Shown: piece after piece, positions 39,551 through 49,936 of the stretch | How the letters are laid out: every line of letters starts with the position of its first letter | How positions within the stretch are numbered: position 1 is the stretch's first letter | DNA from: an uncultured Bacilli bacterium | Lineage (GTDB): Bacteria; Bacillota_I; Bacilli_A; RF39; UBA660 | Direction: 5' to 3' | NCBI GenBank assembly: GCA_947628965.1 | Contig: CANRBV010000002.1 | Location: 16,247 to 80,246 of the forward strand | Length of the DNA: 64,000 nt | Notes under the pieces: generated by a model | Databases searched by the model: none | Seen by the model: the letters and a program-made list of their open reading frames with translations, nothing else | Told to the model about the DNA's origin: nothing | Position numbers and translations under genes: made by a program

Positions 39551-41854
39551 TTAATACCAAGCCCTTTCTTTTCCAGCACTTGCATACTCTAGACCAACAC
39601 TTACAAAACAATTAAATTCTTCATAATCTTCTGAACTTCCTAATCTTCTTACTTCATCTACGAACATATTCCAAGGTCTTGATGCTCCTGGATTTACTTG
39701 ATTATTTCCATTTATTTTTATCTTATCACCAGGATATAACATTCCTTGATAATTAATACCATTAAAATATGGTACAGGTTTATTTATTGTAAAAATCATT
39801 GGGTCATATCCAGAACTAGTAATAGGATGAAAAATATAAGTATTATTACTAGGGTCGTAGTTTACTCTAGAAAAAAGTTCTTGATATTTAGGAATTTGAG
39901 CATAATTTTCTTCATATACATTTGAACTCAAAATTCCAGGGCCACCTTCAATATAACCTACTTTAACATCTAAACCATCATTATACATTACTTTATGTAT
40001 ATGATCACTTATACCAGGATTGGCTAAACCAAAAAATATATAAAAATCATTTTCTTTAATTTCACCAATTATATTACCATCAACTATATATCGTAATCCT
40101 GCACTCGTATCAGTTGCTTTTTTACTATCATAAACTGGAATAGATGAACCAGCTCGATTAATTATTATAAATGAATTTTGATTAGTATTTAAATTCTCAT
40201 ATGGTAAATCAGAATACTCTTGTGAAATTCCTTGATACCTTCCTGAAAAGCCATCTTTATCTATTTCAATAGATTCATTATTTGCAGATATAGTAGTTGT
40301 AGCAAATTGATCAAAAGCCCAATTTTCTGGAATAATAAAGCCCAAATTACCACTAAACCCAGTAGACATATCACTAACAAAACTGCTACAAGCATACCCA
40401 GCATCACAAACTTTAGTACAAACATTTCTTGTGCCATAAACACCTACGCGGTATTTTCCGCCACTTCTAGTTATAAATGTGCTATATAATGATTTAAAAT
40501 ATGGTAAAATATAATCAGTAATTTGTTGATCTGTTGCATCAAAATCAATTGCAAAATATACAATAACACCAAATTGTAAATACAATTTTTCTGTATATTC
40601 AACACCGTATTCACCATCTAAAGCACCATTATTTGTAGTAAAATACTCGATATTATTAGCTGCCCTTTGATGTATTGGAAATAATCTAATATTATTTTTA
40701 AATATAATTTTAATTTCTTCCAAAGTCATTGCTTTATCTAGACCTCCTGGAACATTAGATAAATATCTTCCAATGTATTTATAACCATTTTTAGTTAGGG
40801 CTGTCACATTTTCTGAATTAATATGAGTTATACAGTCACATGCTATTGCTGGTCTATTTACATTTCCACAACTAATTAAAAGCGATAACCAAGTATTAAA
40901 ATCTATAATTCCCGTTTCGGGAATAGCATATTGCTTTTGAAATTCAGTAATTACTTCGCTTTTTAAATCTACTTCTATTTCACCAGAACCAAATCCATTA
41001 AAATATAATGCTATATTAGCTAAATTTCTAAATCTAATTATATTTTCACTAGAATATTGTTCTCCATTATAATTTAAACCATAAGTTTGCCCATTCATTT
41101 GATAAGAACCATTATATGGAATATTCGGTAAACTTTTTTGTGTTGCAGGACCGCAATTTCCATTTGCAACACTTATAGGCATTTCTTCTTCTGCTTGTAT
41201 TGCATAAATTAATGCTTGATTCGTTCTTCTACCATATACTCCATCGCATGGTCTTAATCCAATATAATCTTCATAATATCTGTTCAAATATCTTTGCATA
41301 TTTATAATATTTTTAGTTCTTTCTGAAGTATTATAAGAAGTAAAATAATCCATAGATAATAAAGCTTTCATAATATTTAATGTAACAACAGATGTTGTAT
41401 CTGATATTCCAGCATCTAATTTTAACTTTTTAATGGCATTCCCAACTCCAGACAAAAATCTACAAGTAATCTGTCCCCCTGCACCATAATCATATCCTTT
41501 ACAACTTAAACTTCCTTGAATAATTCCATATATATTATACATAGTTTCAGTTGATAATTGATTGTCAAATCCATGTTGCGGAACTGTATCAGGATCTAAT
41601 TGTTCTTCAATTCCATTAGGAAAATTTTTACGAAATGCTGCTTCGGTACTAGGTCCGAAATTATCTGCAGGATTTTCTATTCCTAAACAAATTTGGAATG
41701 CTCTAATAAATCCATATATTGTTGCCCATCCAGTTTTTCCATTTTCAGGAACTTCTTCATAACCCTTCATTCCCCTAAATGTATTATTTAACCACTCTTG
41801 TGCATTATAAACATATGGATCTCCATCTCTAGTATTCGCTTTTGCCATTTTCAT
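39551..41854 (-). CDS. large cell-wall-targeting protein: three PG_binding_1-like repeats plus a DUF1906 (Rv2525c-like glycoside-hydrolase-fold) domain plus an unknown C-terminal domain; no signal peptide
   Basis: DNFGPSTEAAFRKNF, DGVYGRRTNQALIYAIQ and GNCGPATQKSL PG-binding repeats; GYKYIGRYLS...LTLEEIKIIFKNNIRLFPIHQ is DUF1906-like. Confidence 0.55.
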   Translation of the reverse strand: MKMAKANTRDGDPYVYNAQEWLNNTFRGMKGYEEVPENGKTGWATIYGFIRAFQICLGIENPADNFGPSTEAAFRKNFPNGIEEQLDPDTVPQHGFDNQLSTETMYNIYGIIQGSLSCKGYDYGAGGQITCRFLSGVGNAIKKLKLDAGISDTTSVVTLNIMKALLSMDYFTSYNTSERTKNIINMQRYLNRYYEDYIGLRPCDGVYGRRTNQALIYAIQAEEEMPISVANGNCGPATQKSLPNIPYNGSYQMNGQTYGLNYNGEQYSSENIIRFRNLANIALYFNGFGSGEIEVDLKSEVITEFQKQYAIPETGIIDFNTWLSLLISCGNVNRPAIACDCITHINSENVTALTKNGYKYIGRYLSNVPGGLDKAMTLEEIKIIFKNNIRLFPIHQRAANNIEYFTTNNGALDGEYGVEYTEKLYLQFGVIVYFAIDFDATDQQITDYILPYFKSLYSTFITRSGGKYRVGVYGTRNVCTKVCDAGYACSSFVSDMSTGFSGNLGFIIPENWAFDQFATTTISANNESIEIDKDGFSGRYQGISQEYSDLPYENLNTNQNSFIIINRAGSSIPVYDSKKATDTSAGLRYIVDGNIIGEIKENDFYIFFGLANPGISDHIHKVMYNDGLDVKVGYIEGGPGILSSNVYEENYAQIPKYQELFSRVNYDPSNNTYIFHPITSSGYDPMIFTINKPVPYFNGINYQGMLYPGDKIKINGNNQVNPGASRPWNMFVDEVRRLGSSEDYEEFNCFVSVGLEYASAGKERAWY

Positions 41855-42220
41855 ATTACCTCCATTTTGGCATTTAATTAATTTGATATAATTTTATACA
41901 AGGATGGTCATCACTTTCATATTAAATTTATATATGTTAATAACTACACTAGAATTGTTAGACTATTACCCATCCTTGTTGTAGCTATTTATAAATATTA
42001 ATATGAGAACATTAAATTCTAAAAATCATTTGTAAATTTTTTTGCTACCTCCTTTCAATTATTAAACTTACTAACTAGATTTAACAAATGCTTACAATAT
42101 ATTGTCTCTAAAAAAAATACAAAATATTATAAGATTTTCAAATATGTCATAATTTCCTCTTGTCAACCAAAATTTATCATTATTTTTGTGAATAATAAAG
42201 GACTTGTTAAGCTACATTTA

Positions 42221-42248
42221 AAAAGAAAAAAATGAGCTTATTAAGCTC
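42221..42248 (-). terminator. terminator (GAGCTTAATAAGCTC hairpin plus T-run)
   Basis: Near-identical hairpin to the one at 43035-43049. Confidence 0.45.
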
Positions 42249-42254
42249 AAAAAA

Positions 42255-42983
42255 TTAAATAGCAATATCTACACCACCCATTTGATCATAGTAACTTTTT
42301 ACTGAACTATCAAATAAAAATACATTACCATAGCCTGTCAAATCAATAGAATATTTTTTACTATTATTTAAAGAAATGCTTTTTTTAGCGTGTTGGTAAC
42401 TTGCATAAACTCTTCCACTACCTGAAACTTTAAATGTTTGAGTAATAGATAAATTTGATCCTGCCGATGGAATTTTTACAGAAACTCCAAAACCATTATT
42501 ATCATATTGTGCTTCAACATAACTAGTAGTAGTTTCGGATGTAATGACTTTGGTGTTGGGTATATTATCTAGTGTAACGTTGCTTAAAAAAGCACCCATA
42601 ACATCGTAGCTTTTTACAGTAGGTTCTCCAAACCAATTTGCGACAACTCCAACTAAAACATAAGATGAAAAAACAGATTTAGTAATTTTTAAAGATTTTG
42701 CAGATGTAGTATGTTCAGTTCCAGTAAGTTGATATCCATTAGGTTGGTAATTTCTAAAATATTTAGTTTCAATTTGATTACTTATACCATCTTTAAGAAT
42801 ATCATTATAATCCTCGGCTGTCATACTTTTTTGATATCCATCAAAAAACATTTTAGTAACAAAATCATATTCTTGTTTAGTAAATTGCACACCATTATCA
42901 TTAGTATAATATATTTCCGATGCATTTACATTAACGCTAATAAATGATAATAATAATATCAATATAAAAAATATTTTTTTCAT
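42255..42983 (-). CDS. secreted protein, paralog B
   Basis: Signal peptide MKKIFFILILLLSFISVNVNA; shares conserved core blocks with the 37765-38673 product. Confidence 0.55.
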   Translation of the reverse strand: MKKIFFILILLLSFISVNVNASEIYYTNDNGVQFTKQEYDFVTKMFFDGYQKSMTAEDYNDILKDGISNQIETKYFRNYQPNGYQLTGTEHTTSAKSLKITKSVFSSYVLVGVVANWFGEPTVKSYDVMGAFLSNVTLDNIPNTKVITSETTTSYVEAQYDNNGFGVSVKIPSAGSNLSITQTFKVSGSGRVYASYQHAKKSISLNNSKKYSIDLTGYGNVFLFDSSVKSYYDQMGGVDIAI

Positions 42984-43025
42984 TGGTACCTCCTTTCTGT
43001 TTTACATTAAACAATAATTTTAGTG

Positions 43026-43049
43026 AAATAAAAAGAGCCTATTAAGCTC
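43026..43049 (-). terminator. terminator (GAGCTTAATAGGCTC hairpin plus T-run) overlapping the stop codon
   Basis: Differs by 1 nt from the hairpin at 42234-42248. Confidence 0.4.
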
Positions 43050-44163
43050 ATTTTATTAATAATTCGTATGTATTGTGCCAAAAATCATCAATTTTTTCTT
43101 TTTCATTTTGACAAGATCCAAAAGTACATTTAATACTATTAAGATAAGTAAAAGAAAATATAGCTTCATTATCATTATTATATTGAGTATAAGTTAATTC
43201 CTTATTTGAAAGATTTAAACTCCATTCTTCAATAATTCTTAAGTTTATTCTTGTTAAATAAAGATTATTTAATAGCTGCATATAACTATATGTTAATACA
43301 CTGTTTTTATCTTTATATTCAAATATATAATTATCATTTTGTAAAGTAAATTTTTCTTTAATCTTTTCAACCAAAATACTTGAATCAGTATTTTTTACTT
43401 CATTTACATCAAAATTATTATTTACTACTTCTTTATAATTAATTTTAAATAAATTATCATTAATATAATCTTCCGTTAACCATAATTTTATATTATCAGT
43501 ATTACCATTATTATAATTTGCTTCAAGATATAAATTTGCAATTATATAATTAATTTTAGTGAAATCAAAATATGAATCATATCCATAATAATCAATAAAA
43601 TTAATATAGTTATTATCACTAGAATATATAACAACTTTACCATTATTTTCATCTTGGTAGTATAAAGTTAAATGTTCTATGGAATCATCACTGACAGTAT
43701 CATCAATTCTAAAATAAATTTTATTTTTAGTTTCGACGAAAATACCATCAAAATATTTAATTGAATCTTTTATTCCAGTTATAGTATAAACTTTAATAGA
43801 TTTGTATGACATTATAAAGTAATATATTAAAAAAAGTATTAATATTGCAAAAATTGTCAATAATAATATCGATATTATTTTCTTACGTTTATTATTGCTA
43901 TCATATAATTTCAAAGTAATTTTATTAACTATTGAATTCTCCTCTTTTTTAGACAATCTAGAGCCAACTAATATCTCATTTATAGTTACATCAAATATGT
44001 CACTTAATCTTAACAAAGTTGAAGAGTCAGGAATAGTTACTCCTCGTTCCCATTTACTTACAGCACCTCTACCAATTGGTATTAAATCTGCTAGTTGTTC
44101 TTGTGTTAATTCTTTTTCTTTTCTAAGTTCGTGAATAAATTTTCCAATATGTTCAGTATTCAT
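43048..44163 (-). CDS. membrane-anchored XRE-family transcriptional regulator with a large extracytoplasmic domain
   Basis: N-terminal HTH (LTQEQLADLIPIGRGAVSKWERG), a TM segment around residues 96-118, and a ~250-aa C-terminal domain. Confidence 0.65.
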   Translation of the reverse strand: MNTEHIGKFIHELRKEKELTQEQLADLIPIGRGAVSKWERGVTIPDSSTLLRLSDIFDVTINEILVGSRLSKKEENSIVNKITLKLYDSNNKRKKIISILLLTIFAILILFLIYYFIMSYKSIKVYTITGIKDSIKYFDGIFVETKNKIYFRIDDTVSDDSIEHLTLYYQDENNGKVVIYSSDNNYINFIDYYGYDSYFDFTKINYIIANLYLEANYNNGNTDNIKLWLTEDYINDNLFKINYKEVVNNNFDVNEVKNTDSSILVEKIKEKFTLQNDNYIFEYKDKNSVLTYSYMQLLNNLYLTRINLRIIEEWSLNLSNKELTYTQYNNDNEAIFSFTYLNSIKCTFGSCQNEKEKIDDFWHNTYELLIK

Positions 44164-44306
44164 AATATTACCTCAATAATAGTAAATATTTTAAAAAAAT
44201 TATAACATTTAAAATATTATCTCAATATGCAATAATTTTACCTAAAAAATATTTATAAAATTCTAATTAAATCCGATATTAAATTTCAAATATATTTTTG
44301 ATATTT

Positions 44307-44639
44307 TTAAACCTTTAATTTTTCTTTCTGTAAAAGCATTTCATTTTTTTTCCAATCTTCAAAATAAAAATTTGCATCTTGTCCATATACCATTATAGCC
44401 ATAATTAATACTTTAGATGAAAATTCATCTCTATCATTTTTAGCTTCTATTCTTCTCAAAGATTGTGGTTGTAAATCTAATAATTGTGCAGCGTGGTCTA
44501 ATTCCATATTGGCTAGTTTTCTTGCAATACGAATATTTTGACATATATTATGCTTTAATTTAAAAAGTGTATAATTATATTTATTTTTATCATAAACTTC
44601 CATTGAATTTAATAAATAATTAAAATCCTCTTTATCCAT
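44307..44639 (-). CDS. XRE-like HTH protein
   Basis: Start ATG 44637-44639 with GGTGA RBS; HTH-like NIRIARKLANMELDHAAQLLDLQPQSLRRIE. Confidence 0.45.
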   Translation of the reverse strand: MDKEDFNYLLNSMEVYDKNKYNYTLFKLKHNICQNIRIARKLANMELDHAAQLLDLQPQSLRRIEAKNDRDEFSSKVLIMAIMVYGQDANFYFEDWKKNEMLLQKEKLKV

Positions 44640-44883
44640 TATTTCACCAACTTTGCTACAAAACAATTTTATATTAATTATGATTTTTATTTGTAGCATT
44701 TACTGGCAATTTTTTATATAGTAACCTATAACTACTTAAATATACAACAATGTTACTTTTAATTAAATTTTTGATGTCTTCTAATTTAGGTTCACATCAT
44801 ATTTGCTACATTAGTTTTTTATTATTAAATGTTAAAAAAAGGAATTACTTACATAAAACTTAATTCAAATTTTTATGATTTCA

Positions 44884-44930
44884 TTAAAAAAAACACTATA
44901 TCAAAAAATAGAATTCATATGATATAGTGT
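44884..44930 (-). terminator. rho-independent terminator of the lemA-DUF2207 operon
   Basis: 12-bp perfect inverted repeat AACACTATATCA/TGATATAGTGTT plus T-run. Confidence 0.55.
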
Positions 44931-44961
44931 TAAAAATTAATAGATATAACTAAATTATACT

Positions 44962-46842
44962 TTAAAAGCCATGGCCTCCTCCGCCGCCTCCGCCGAAGCC
45001 TCCACCGCTAGAGAATCCACCTCCGCCTCCACTTCCGCTAGAGTAAGAAGATGATGCACGACTTTCGGTAATTGCAGTAGTATTACTTTGTACAGCACTG
45101 TGAACAATATGATTAAAAGAATTAAAGAAATGATAATCACTAAATGTATTCGAAACCTCTATATCTATGTCAGAACTTGCTAATTCTTTTATTTTAACAT
45201 TCATAGCTTTAGATACTTTATCAGCAAGTCCAAAAACAGTAGCATATACCATATAGCGTTCCCACAAAGCAATTTCTGGTAATTCTTTAGTATCAAATGT
45301 TCCAAAATCATTTAAGAAATTCTTAAATGCTTTCCACTTGGCATAATCTTCATTTCCTTTCTTAGTTCTTTTAAAAAAGGATAAAGTATATATAAAGAAA
45401 ATAACCGAAACAATTACATTAATTTTTGTAAAGGGTAATATAACGTTTAATCGATTTTTTAAAACTGTTAATAGAACACTAAAAAATAAAAAGAGTATTC
45501 CCGTTACTTTTGCAGGTACATTATTTTCAAAAAAATTTTGTTTCTTTGCATCGTTTAAAACACTTTTTTTCCAAGCTGTATAATTAGCTGAAAATTCTTC
45601 ACATGTATAACTTTGTTCTGCATAGGCTCTTAATTCAATTGTTGAAAAACGATTTTCTTTGCCTATTTTATTAAATAAAAAATCAATCAATTGTTTTTCC
45701 GTTGCATTTAGGTTTTCTTCATTTTGTAAAACAAAATCGTATTCCATTTTACCTGATTTAGTAGGCATTTTTTCAGCTTTAATATTTTTTTTGTAAATTA
45801 AATTCAATATAGAAGCTGATAATGCATTAGGAGTAATATTTTTATGCATCAAATAATCAACAACCTCTACATTATATTCATCGATAAATTCACGGTTATA
45901 TTTTAAATTAAAGGAAGATTTATATTCCTTATCAAATTTATGATAAATGAATATCCATGCTATTAGTAAACTTAATAAATGAACAATTGAAGAAATAAGT
46001 ATACTATAATAAAATAATTTCATTCTAAATCTATCTTTATTTGCTACATCTGCTCTTTTTGTTTCGACCATAACAATTTTATCAAGAGCCTCTTCATTTG
46101 TTTTTTTACTAACTTTATTCTCGTCAACAAGATTTTTAGAAAAAGTAGCACGAATATCTACAGGACTATAAGCATTTAATTTTTTTACAGTTGCAAGTAA
46201 GTATTGATTATCATAAGGTTGAATTTCTCCTGCCATATCTCCATGAGCCCAAACTTTAAATAAACCACTAGTATCTTTAGATGGCAAATTTAACTTTATT
46301 TGTAAATCATTAATAGCATCACTGTATTCTTCACCAATGAAAGTAAAATATAATTCTCCAACATCTTGATGCAATACAACTACATCTTTAACTATGTATT
46401 TTATTCGAAAAGCGACTTGTTCTTTTTCGGATTTAAAATACATTTTGTAACTAAAACCATTAGCAATATCACTTACTAAATAACCTAAATTGGCTGCTTT
46501 TCCTTCTTTTAAAGTGACAAAATCCGTATCTTTTAAAGTATCAAAAGTAACATTATCTACTTTTTTAGCAGCAATATTTTCTATTTCAATTCCAGTAGCA
46601 TTATAAATGGCATTACTTTCATATCCACTTGTTCCAAGTTTAGGATTTTTGTAAACAATCTCTCTAATATACCCATTAAAGCTTCCTTTTAAAACAATTA
46701 ATTCTGTTACTTCTAAATTACCATTTTCTAAAATATCAGCATTGATATAATAATTTTTAATTTTATAATTTACTGTATCTGCATTCGTATAAATTGGCAT
46801 TAAAAATATAAACGCAATTATATACCAAATCCATTTTTTCAT
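44962..46842 (-). CDS. DUF2207-family membrane protein with Gly-rich C-terminal tail
   Basis: Start at ATG 46840-46842 (GGGAGG RBS) gives signal peptide MKKWIWYIIAFIFLMPIYTNA. It has an internal TM pair and the C-terminal tail SGGGGGFSSGGGFGGGGGGGHGF. It is paired with lemA. Confidence 0.7.
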   Translation of the reverse strand: MKKWIWYIIAFIFLMPIYTNADTVNYKIKNYYINADILENGNLEVTELIVLKGSFNGYIREIVYKNPKLGTSGYESNAIYNATGIEIENIAAKKVDNVTFDTLKDTDFVTLKEGKAANLGYLVSDIANGFSYKMYFKSEKEQVAFRIKYIVKDVVVLHQDVGELYFTFIGEEYSDAINDLQIKLNLPSKDTSGLFKVWAHGDMAGEIQPYDNQYLLATVKKLNAYSPVDIRATFSKNLVDENKVSKKTNEEALDKIVMVETKRADVANKDRFRMKLFYYSILISSIVHLLSLLIAWIFIYHKFDKEYKSSFNLKYNREFIDEYNVEVVDYLMHKNITPNALSASILNLIYKKNIKAEKMPTKSGKMEYDFVLQNEENLNATEKQLIDFLFNKIGKENRFSTIELRAYAEQSYTCEEFSANYTAWKKSVLNDAKKQNFFENNVPAKVTGILFLFFSVLLTVLKNRLNVILPFTKINVIVSVIFFIYTLSFFKRTKKGNEDYAKWKAFKNFLNDFGTFDTKELPEIALWERYMVYATVFGLADKVSKAMNVKIKELASSDIDIEVSNTFSDYHFFNSFNHIVHSAVQSNTTAITESRASSSYSSGSGGGGGFSSGGGFGGGGGGGHGF

Positions 46843-46876
46843 GATAGCCTCCCAAAAAGAAAATTTTAAGCATTGC

Positions 46877-47425
46877 TTAAAATTTAACTTGTACATTTGC
46901 TCTTTCAGTTTCATTTGCTTCAAAAAACATTTCTGTTTTAAATTTGAAAATAGAAGCAACAAAATTACTTGGTATTGTTTGTACTTGATTATTATAAGTT
47001 AAAACTGTATCATTATAGAATTGACGTGCACTTGCAATTTTATCTTCAGTTTCTTGTAATTCTGTTTGCAATGCCACAAAATTTTCATTCGCTTTTAAAT
47101 CTGGATAACTTTCTGCTAAAGCAAACAATTTGGAAATAGCTTTTGTAAGTTCTCCATCCGCTTTCATTTCTTCTTCTGGAGTATTTGCACTTAGAAAAGT
47201 ATTTCTCGCTTTAACAACGTTTTCTAATGTTTCACTTTCATGTTTTGTATATCCTTTTACAGTTTCCACTAAATTAGGTATTAAATCAAATCTTCTTTTT
47301 AATTGTACATCTATTTGTGCCCATTGATCCTTTACTCTATTTCTTAAAGTAACCAATTTGTTATAAGTTGATATAACAAACAAAATAATGAAAATAACTA
47401 TAGCCAGTACTATCCATTTAAACAT
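46877..47425 (-). CDS. lemA: LemA family protein
   Basis: N-terminal TM followed by [39 protein letters not shown]. Confidence 0.8.
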   Translation of the reverse strand: MFKWIVLAIVIFIILFVISTYNKLVTLRNRVKDQWAQIDVQLKRRFDLIPNLVETVKGYTKHESETLENVVKARNTFLSANTPEEEMKADGELTKAISKLFALAESYPDLKANENFVALQTELQETEDKIASARQFYNDTVLTYNNQVQTIPSNFVASIFKFKTEMFFEANETERANVQVKF

Positions 47426-47492
47426 TTTATCTTCCTCCTATATTTATATTTTATCATATGTTCTTTCTTTAAGCAATACAACATAAAATGTA

Positions 47493-48305
47493 TTGGTGAA
47501 ATTTATGATTTTATTTACTGGATTTCTAATTGGTGTGGTAAGTCTAATCCCAGGTATAAGTGGAGGCACCATTTTAATGCTAACAAAACAATATGAAAAT
47601 ATCGCTTATGCTATTACACATTTTAAAGAAAAGAATAATTTTTTAACTCTATTTATTTTGATAATTGGAGTTATTCTAGGGGCTATTACATTTGCTAGAA
47701 TTATAGAATTATTTTTTTACTTTGCCCCAAATGCAACAATAACGTTATTCAGCGGTTTTGTTTTATTTTCAATTCCCGATCTCATAAAAAGTGAAAAAAT
47801 AAAACCAAATCTTGTTTGGTTTTTTCTAGGAACTCTACTTATTTATTTTTTATCTTGTATTCGCATTCCAACAACCCCTGTCATTATCAATTACCCAAAA
47901 ATTACAATTCTTTTTTTAATTATTTTCACTTTTTTTGGGATTTTAGATGGTTTTTTTACCATTTTACCAGGTATATCTGGCTCTATGATAATGATGATAC
48001 TGGGGCCTTATTTTTTATATAAATCTTACCTAGCCAACTTAAATATCCATAACCTTACTTTTCTTTTTCCACTATTTTTTTATTTTATTGGAGACATTTT
48101 AGGATTTTTTATTGGCAGTAAAGTTTCATTGTATTTTCTAACAAAGCATCGTAAAAAATTTTTAAGTTTACTGTTAGGAATGGTAGTCATGAGTGCATTA
48201 ATACTCTTACCAATTCATAATATTTACCCAAATAATATATTATTATACGTTGCTGTTTTTTTAGTAAGTTTTATTCTATGTCAAGCCTTAAAATTAATTA
48301 AATAA
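47493..48305 (+). CDS. DUF368-family membrane protein
   Basis: Duplicated (I/L)PGISG(G/S) motifs in a polytopic membrane protein. Confidence 0.55.
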   Translation: MVKFMILFTGFLIGVVSLIPGISGGTILMLTKQYENIAYAITHFKEKNNFLTLFILIIGVILGAITFARIIELFFYFAPNATITLFSGFVLFSIPDLIKSEKIKPNLVWFFLGTLLIYFLSCIRIPTTPVIINYPKITILFLIIFTFFGILDGFFTILPGISGSMIMMILGPYFLYKSYLANLNIHNLTFLFPLFFYFIGDILGFFIGSKVSLYFLTKHRKKFLSLLLGMVVMSALILLPIHNIYPNNILLYVAVFLVSFILCQALKLIK

Positions 48306-48312
48306 TTTCTAT

Positions 48313-49890
48313 TTAACTGGCTGATTCAGAACTAGCATTTTTTTCTACAGACAAAACGATACGAAAACCAATCGTATTATCTTGGGAACCATCTTTATTT
48401 GAAAAGCCAAAAATACCAGCATTTGTTGGAGAAGTCATATTAAATCCCCGTATAAAATAGTAGTTAGTATTAAATACGAATTCAGCTTTGTCATTCCAAA
48501 ATGAACTTTGGTTACTTTTAAAAGGACCAACTTCTCCTGTTGCATCTCCCAAAATTCTTGTACTATAGTTATCATTTTTTGTATTATAATTATAAATATC
48601 ATAATATTTATTCTCTTTTGGAAAGTTTTCTTCTGTAAAATTTGACTTTGTACCATATTGCAGTGTCGTACTGTCATTTCCATACATTATTGCCATAACT
48701 TCTTCTCTTGCACCACCACTCATATCATAAATTCCTGTATAATTTCCAGTTGTACTTGCTTTTACACTATTAATGTCATTATAGTTATAAGAGTTGCTAT
48801 TACTTTTACCTGCACTTACTGCACCAGCAGTTTTATTAGCCGTTGCTCCACTAAATCCTGTAATATAATTACTATTATTATTTATATATACTTCTTCACA
48901 AGATATTACGCCATCTTCTGCTTTTGTACACTTACCATAAATGCTTTTTGCTAGATATGCAACAGCTCCCCACTCTGTATTCTTCATTAAATGACTTTGT
49001 AAATCCGATTTATAATTAAATGAAGTTCTAAAAGCATTTCCGATACTTATCTTTCTCCAACTATAAACATTTGGTCTTATTATAATGTTTGCAGCCTCTG
49101 TATCGTTATTATGATTTTGTGCAGTTGTTTTATTTGTTATATTACTATTACTGGTCTCAAACTTCCCTACCCAAAATCCGTTAGTGTTTTCGAAAGCTAA
49201 GAATGCAGGATGGGTCATCCACATACCTTCTTTACAACTTCCTTCATCTCCAGATTTTTCAGGAGTTTTACATTCTTTATAATCTGAATCTGTTTCTTCA
49301 TCATCTTTGGTATTTTCTAGTCCAAACTCAATTTCTATTGCTTGATTTTGTTTTTCCGTATTTAATGTTCCATTATCATTTTCATAATTTCCTAATTGTT
49401 CATCAAATAGTTTATATTTATACTTAGGTATCCAGACAAAATAACTTTCGATATCACTCTCGGGTATTTGGTCTCCATTTTTATAATCATCCGCTGATTT
49501 TCCATCTACTAAGATTACGGCATTTGCCCAATTCTTTTTTTCATAACTATACCAATTATGGGTTATATCAGTTTTATATACATTTCCACTACTAGCTCCT
49601 ATACTAACAGGTATCATTCCATCTCCAAGCACTGGATCTGCTCCATTTAAAAAATCTTCTTTATAAATTTCACTTGGTTTATCGATATCAGGAGATTCTA
49701 AATCTGGATTTCGTAGAAGTTCAAAACCAGGAAGATCGTTTAAATACTCTTGGATATTTTGTTTTTCATGATTTAATAATACTCTATTTTTAGCATAACT
49801 AGCTGAAATCATTAAAAGAGTTACTAAAAAAACTAAAAAGAAGGAATAGATTAAAGAAATCGCTATAAACCCCTTATTGTTATTCTTCAT
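48313..49890 (-). CDS. membrane-anchored protein with pilin-like N-terminus and an FGE-sulfatase (SUMF1/EgtB/PvdO-like) domain
   Basis: N-terminus MKNNNKGFIAISLIYSFFLVF resembles the ComGC-like pilin at 57508 but lacks Glu5. The C-terminal half has NTEWGAVAYLA, GIYDMSGGAREEV and GFRIVL, which resemble FGE-sulfatase motifs. Confidence 0.45.
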   Translation of the reverse strand: MKNNNKGFIAISLIYSFFLVFLVTLLMISASYAKNRVLLNHEKQNIQEYLNDLPGFELLRNPDLESPDIDKPSEIYKEDFLNGADPVLGDGMIPVSIGASSGNVYKTDITHNWYSYEKKNWANAVILVDGKSADDYKNGDQIPESDIESYFVWIPKYKYKLFDEQLGNYENDNGTLNTEKQNQAIEIEFGLENTKDDEETDSDYKECKTPEKSGDEGSCKEGMWMTHPAFLAFENTNGFWVGKFETSNSNITNKTTAQNHNNDTEAANIIIRPNVYSWRKISIGNAFRTSFNYKSDLQSHLMKNTEWGAVAYLAKSIYGKCTKAEDGVISCEEVYINNNSNYITGFSGATANKTAGAVSAGKSNSNSYNYNDINSVKASTTGNYTGIYDMSGGAREEVMAIMYGNDSTTLQYGTKSNFTEENFPKENKYYDIYNYNTKNDNYSTRILGDATGEVGPFKSNQSSFWNDKAEFVFNTNYYFIRGFNMTSPTNAGIFGFSNKDGSQDNTIGFRIVLSVEKNASSESAS

Positions 49891-49936
49891 ATCTATTCCT
49901 CCTTATTTTTTTTAATTATAAACTATTTTAAGTATT

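Noticed and set aside
44955-45140. 61-aa ORF with Ala/Glu-rich C-terminus
   Set aside because: It is an alternative frame of the GGC/GGA-rich region encoding the poly-Gly tail of the DUF2207 protein. This is a frame artefact.
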